The notes below the pieces were generated by a model. The model was not told where the DNA came from, searched no databases, and saw only the letters and a list, made by a program, of their open reading frames with translations. The translations under genes were made by a program, and so were the position numbers. From positions 62,001-126,000 of the forward strand of contig CDMY01000688.1 of NCBI GenBank assembly GCA_001179505.1: a stretch of DNA of 64,000 bases, read 5' to 3'. Origin of the DNA: Vitrella brassicaformis CCMP3155. Its lineage: Eukaryota; Protista; Chromerida. Below, in pieces: positions 59,363-64,000 of this stretch (position 1 is the stretch's first letter; each line of letters starts with the position of its first letter).

Positions 59363-61281
59363 CTATTGAGCACGTGCCACCCACTCACTGGCCCGGCCCC
59401 CACCACCACACAGCCCAACAATCACCTTTGCCGCCTCGCTGGCCCCGTCCTCCAGCCGCACTTGCATCCCTACCGACTCGATGGCTGCACGCCTCTCGGG
59501 CGGCACCACACACACGCTCCCATCATGGGATCGACCCAACAGCTGGCCCAGCAGCCCACTTAGGCACGCTGCGGCCTCGACAACGGAGGTCCCCTCCAGC
59601 AGTGAGAGGAAGACAGAGCCATCAACCTGAGTGACACGGACAGACATGACCCCACACCTCGCTTGCCGCATCTCTCTCTGTGCGTGTGTCTTGTCTTTGT
59701 GGTTTGGCACCTACCGCGACATTGAGATCCACAAGCCGCTTGCACCACACCTGACACACACACACACACACACACGACTCATGCGGGGCTTTCGTTGACG
59801 TATTCTGTTCTGTTGACCTGCTGATCGAACATGAAAGGGCAGACTATCTGGGGGATGCCGGCACGACAGACAGCGGCCACCGTGCCCCCGCCACCGTGCG
59901 TGACGGCCGCCACACATGAGGGATGGCCGAGAAGACGCGACAGGTCCACCACACCAGAGAGGCGGCTGACGCCCTCGAACACCGACAGTGTGGTAGCGGC
60001 GTCGTCTGGTGAGCCGTCGGCATCCAGACTCGCAACCGGCACATGGTACACAAACCTTCACACACACACACACACACACACAGAGATGCCAGGCCACAAT
60101 GAGTCCGAGTGAGTCCCTCTCCCCTTCTGTTGTCCCATCCATCGCCTCTCACAAGCCCACCCCACCTGAGTGCAGTGGTGCGATGGACAGCCTCCAGCAC
60201 CTGCCCCACACACCGCCACGAGAAGTGGCATGCGCCGATGGCGGGCATGCTGCCGAAACACACCCACACAAACGGCTTCTCGGGCAAGCTGAGGGGCGGC
60301 ACGATGGTGCTCGATGCATCAGGCAGGGTGGCGTCGGCAGCTGCGGAGCCGACTACACGGACAGAGGGGGGCCAGTCGGCAGGGACAGCGAACAATGCGG
60401 GGCTGCAGCAAATGGGAGAGCGGGGCCCTTTGTGTGTGTGTGTGTGTGTAGGCGGGAAGGGTCGCCATGCCATGTGTTTACCTAAGTAGGTAGAGAACAG
60501 TTGCTGCATGCGGCAGCGCATCATCACCATCACCGTCATCACCAAATATGCTCTCGGGCATCCCCAGGACCTCCAGCCTCAGCTTGCCGTGGTCGTCCAT
60601 ACAAAGACGCCACATCCAGTGCCTCAACGAACGAACGAACGAATCAACACACACACAATCCACTCCACACACACACACGCAGCTGCTGACCCATGGTCTG
60701 TCTCATTTGCTCTGCTCAAACCTGAGGTCTGCCAGAGTCATCAAAGTCATATTGCCGCCCTCGGCTCGTTCCAGCCGCTCATAGATCTCCCTCCCATACT
60801 CGTCCCTGAAGGCAGCCGTGAAGCCCTCCGGCATCTCGCGAGGCGCCAAACACGGCGACAGCACCACAGCCGCACACCGATTCCCTCGCCGGTTCTCCCG
60901 CTGCACTGCGTGCCAACAGAAGAGGGCGAAATAGTTGAAGCCCACCACCCTCCTGCCCTCGCACAGCCTCGCCAGTACGGCCGCCTCCTCAGCTGAACAG
61001 AACAAAGCGTCAGCCGTTGGCCGGAGAGGGGAGCTGTCGATGCCCTCGAGAGTTAGCAGCAGCCGACTGGTCCGCTTATCATCATGTGACTCATCCGTGT
61101 GGGCTGCCGATCTCTCTGTTGGCTGCAGGTGCCTTAGAAGGGATGAGTGCGTCACGAAGAGGACAGGCAGTGAGCGGCTGACGGCCCGCGCCACGGAATA
61201 CAGCGGGAGGACATCTCCGAAAGTGCCGAGGGCTGCAACCAGCACTGGTGGTGGACGCTCCGCATTGTTAGATGCCTCCAT
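59363..61281 (-). CDS. Family 1 glycosyltransferase (UDP-glycosyltransferase / sterol glucosyltransferase-like)
   Basis: VLVAALGTFGDVLPL (GT-B N-terminal motif), PFVWVCFGSMP, AAVTHGGGGTVAAVCRAGIPQIVCPFMFDQQ|VWCKRLVDLNVA (PSPG-like box). Confidence 0.9.
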
Positions 61282-61558
61282 CAGAAAAGAGGGGAGATCT
61301 GCAGCACAAAGCTCGCGCCGTGTTTCCCAGAGCTCGCGTGGTGAACGGCGATTTTGCCATCTCACGCCGCCTGTCCGCCGTGTCCCTTGTCTGCGAGTGA
61401 GCGTCTGTGGCGGCCCTGCCTGTCCGCCGCTCCCGTGTCGGGTTTTCTATAGCGTAGAGCAGCGAGCGTAGCGTAGCTCAGTGGCGTTTGTGTGGACTGA
61501 CTGTCCAGCGGCGTGTTGGTTGGTTGTCTCATTCGTGTGAGCCGAGCCGGCGGCAGCC

Positions 61559-61961
61559 ATGACGTGGGGATTCTCCAACGGCGAACTCAAGGTGTACCAG
61601 CCGGTGGGCAAACAGAGCTGGGGCGCCGAGTGAGGGAGGGGAAGCAGACAGACAGACAGACAGACAGACAGGCGAGAGGGAGGGAGGGAGAGAGGGAGAG
61701 GAAGGCAGATAAGATCAGATCTGACCTCGGGCTGCCTGGCCCTGCCCACGAAGCATGTGTCCATTGTGCTGTCTGTCGGTTGGGTATGTGTGATGTGATC
61801 TCATATATCAGCACCAGCCGACGCACTGTGTGGCGAAGCGGGTGTTCATGGGAGCGGACACGCCCCAGCACGCGCCGCGGTACGCCGAGCCCGGCGAGAA
61901 ATTCTACAAACTCAGGGCCGAAACCCAGTGGTACTACTGGGGTAAGCAGCCACACACATGG

Positions 61962-61992
<31 letters not shown>

Positions 61993-63042
61993 AATGCGGC
62001 AAAACACGAAGGCACCCACGCAATTGTCCAATTTTGCCTGTCTGTGTGTGGTTGTGTTGTGTTGTGTCTCACACAACTCTCAGTTGAGGATTACACTGGT
62101 GTGTCGTTCACCATCCGCAAGGAGGAGCAGCAGGAGGAGGGCAGTGGTTCGGTGGCCGAGCTGCTGACCCCCCTGGCGGCCTCCCAGACCAAGTGGGACA
62201 TCTCCCCGCCCGTCACCGAGCCCCCTCCCCCCGCTCCCAGGGAACAAGAAGACGACAACAACCAGCCTGACACTGAGGCACCGCAACTCACCACAGAGAC
62301 CAACAACACCACCAAGGACGACGGCACCGACAAGAAGGAGTCGGCACCCACACCCGCACCGGCCCCTGCGCCGTCCACAGAGCAGCATGCGTCCGAGAGG
62401 CACCACCATAAGGGCGAGACGGACAGCACTGCGGCGGTGCTGCAAGACGACGGACCCGACGATGACGAGCAGGACGACAACCATCACCACCACCACCAGC
62501 AGCAGCAGCAGGGGGAGGTCATCGCACCGAAGGACACCTGCCCCAGCCCCAGCCCCCCCACCACCACCAAGCCAGAGGAGCCGACCACCACCATCACACA
62601 GGGCGGCAACCAGCACACAACCAAGGCCGACACCGCCACACCATCACCCTCCCCATCCCCACCGGCACCAGTGGTGACGGCCAACGCCGCCGCCCCGATC
62701 GTCAAGGCCGAGTGTGCGGCGGGCGGCTGCGGTGAGCAGGGGCAGGACAACAAGGCGGGGGAGGGGGAGGGCAAGGGGGCTGGGGAGGGGCAGGTCGTCG
62801 GCGCCGTCAAGGAGGTCACGCCATCGGCCTCCCCTTCGTCGGCAGCCAAGGCGGCCAAGGCCACCCAGGGCCCTGTGGGCGGTAGCGAGAGGAGTGCGGA
62901 CGCGTCGACGACTGACGTTGAGGAGCACGAAGCCATGCTGGCACACAAGCAGGCTGCCGCCGTGGCCACGGCGGCGGCAGGGGAGGGAGAGGGGGGTGAG
63001 GAGGAAAAGGAGGACGTCAGCGGCACCGAGGCCGCCGCGTAG
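61559..63042 (+). CDS. Hypothetical protein: short aromatic-rich N-terminal region followed by a long low-complexity acidic/Pro/Ala tail
   Basis: MTWGFSNGELKVYQP|HQPTHCVAKRVFMGADTPQHAPRYAEPGEKFYKLRAETQWYYW|VEDYTGVSFTIRK...; two phase-consistent introns; TAG at 63042. Confidence 0.7.
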
Positions 63043-64000
63043 ATATAGATAGACCACACACACCACACATACTCACTCCCTCACTGGGGCGAGGCGAGAG
63101 AGGGAGAGAGAAACAGATAGAGAGAGAGAGAGCGTGTGTAGATGGATGTCTGGATGTCACACCTGTGTTGTGTTGTGAGTGTGCAAAGCACGCGCGCCGG
63201 CCGCGCAGGCAGGCAGGCAGGCACACGACGGACGCTGGTGTGTGCCCTTCGGTGCGGCGCCTGGCGTGCTGGTATATCGCTATATAGATATGCCATATGT
63301 CTGTTGGCTGCTGCTGGTGCTGCTGCTTGATGAGAGAGAGGCTGTGTATACAATTGATGAGAGTGTTCCATAGAGGGAGGGAGGGAGGGAGGGAGAGGGA
63401 CAGGAGGGACAGGAGGGCGGGGCGTCTGGTGCACGCGCACGAGTGCATCTGTGTATGGGTGCATGTGTGTGCACAGGGTATGTAACTAACATACCCTCCC
63501 TGGCCGACTGACTGACTGAGTGAGTGATAGTTGCCTGCCTGCCTGCCGAGTGTGAGAGGGGAGTGGAGGTGCGGTGATGTCAATAATATTGAGAGGAGGA
63601 AGGCGATAGATAGATAGCCAGGCAGAGAGGAGGGAGGGACGAATGACGGAGGAGGAAGGGAAGGAGGACGAATGGGCGTTTTCTACAGACAGACAGCCAC
63701 GGGGCCGCCCGTCACAAAGGAAAGGACTCCAGGGGCGGCTCGGGCTGGACGACTGACTCGCCTTCTCGCCTTCTGTATCTAAACCTATGCATATGGCCTG
63801 TAGGTATTTGTAGGTCTTGTCGATGGAATCGAATGCGCCCGCCTGACTGGTTGTTGTCCGAGAGTGATGGTGCTATCTGGTGGTGTTGCCGTGTGTTGCC
63901 TTGTGCTGTCTGTCTTGTCTTGTGCTGTCTGTCTTTGACGAGCTATGCCATTCTCTCATCCTCCTTTATAGGACCTCCATGGCATCCATCCTTTCCGCTG

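Overview
Intron-dense, GC-rich eukaryotic genomic DNA whose introns are built largely from (AC)n/(GT)n, (CAGA)n/(TCTG)n and (CAGG)n microsatellites. Composition and gene families resemble a chromerid alveolate such as Vitrella (inference, not proven). I reconstructed about 19 genes or pseudogenes by hand-splicing GT-AG introns. Recognisable genes: SEC61 alpha, an MCT-type MFS transporter, COP9 subunit CSN1, an RNase III protein with a dead-plus-active tandem domain pair, an ~18 kb SZT2 (KICSTOR) homologue, AHI1/Jouberin, a family-1 glycosyltransferase, two TLDc-domain genes, and lineage-specific F-box-like, LRR-like and ankyrin family members. The standout is an 11-intron homologue of bacterial HypX/HoxX, the CO-generating formyltransferase-crotonase fusion, with the expected catalytic motifs intact. 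Just upstream lies a rearranged partial duplicate of it that forms a 71-bp inverted repeat joined to a truncated ankyrin gene. Other notable items: a 408-bp hAT-type element with an 8-bp TSD inserted in the first codons of a TLDc gene, and a secreted-peptide gene with an in-frame TAG plus a 15-nt inverted repeat bracketing its Cys-rich exon. There are two 300-N assembly gaps. No rRNA, tRNA or CRISPR array was seen. All protein identities come from motif recall, not database searches.
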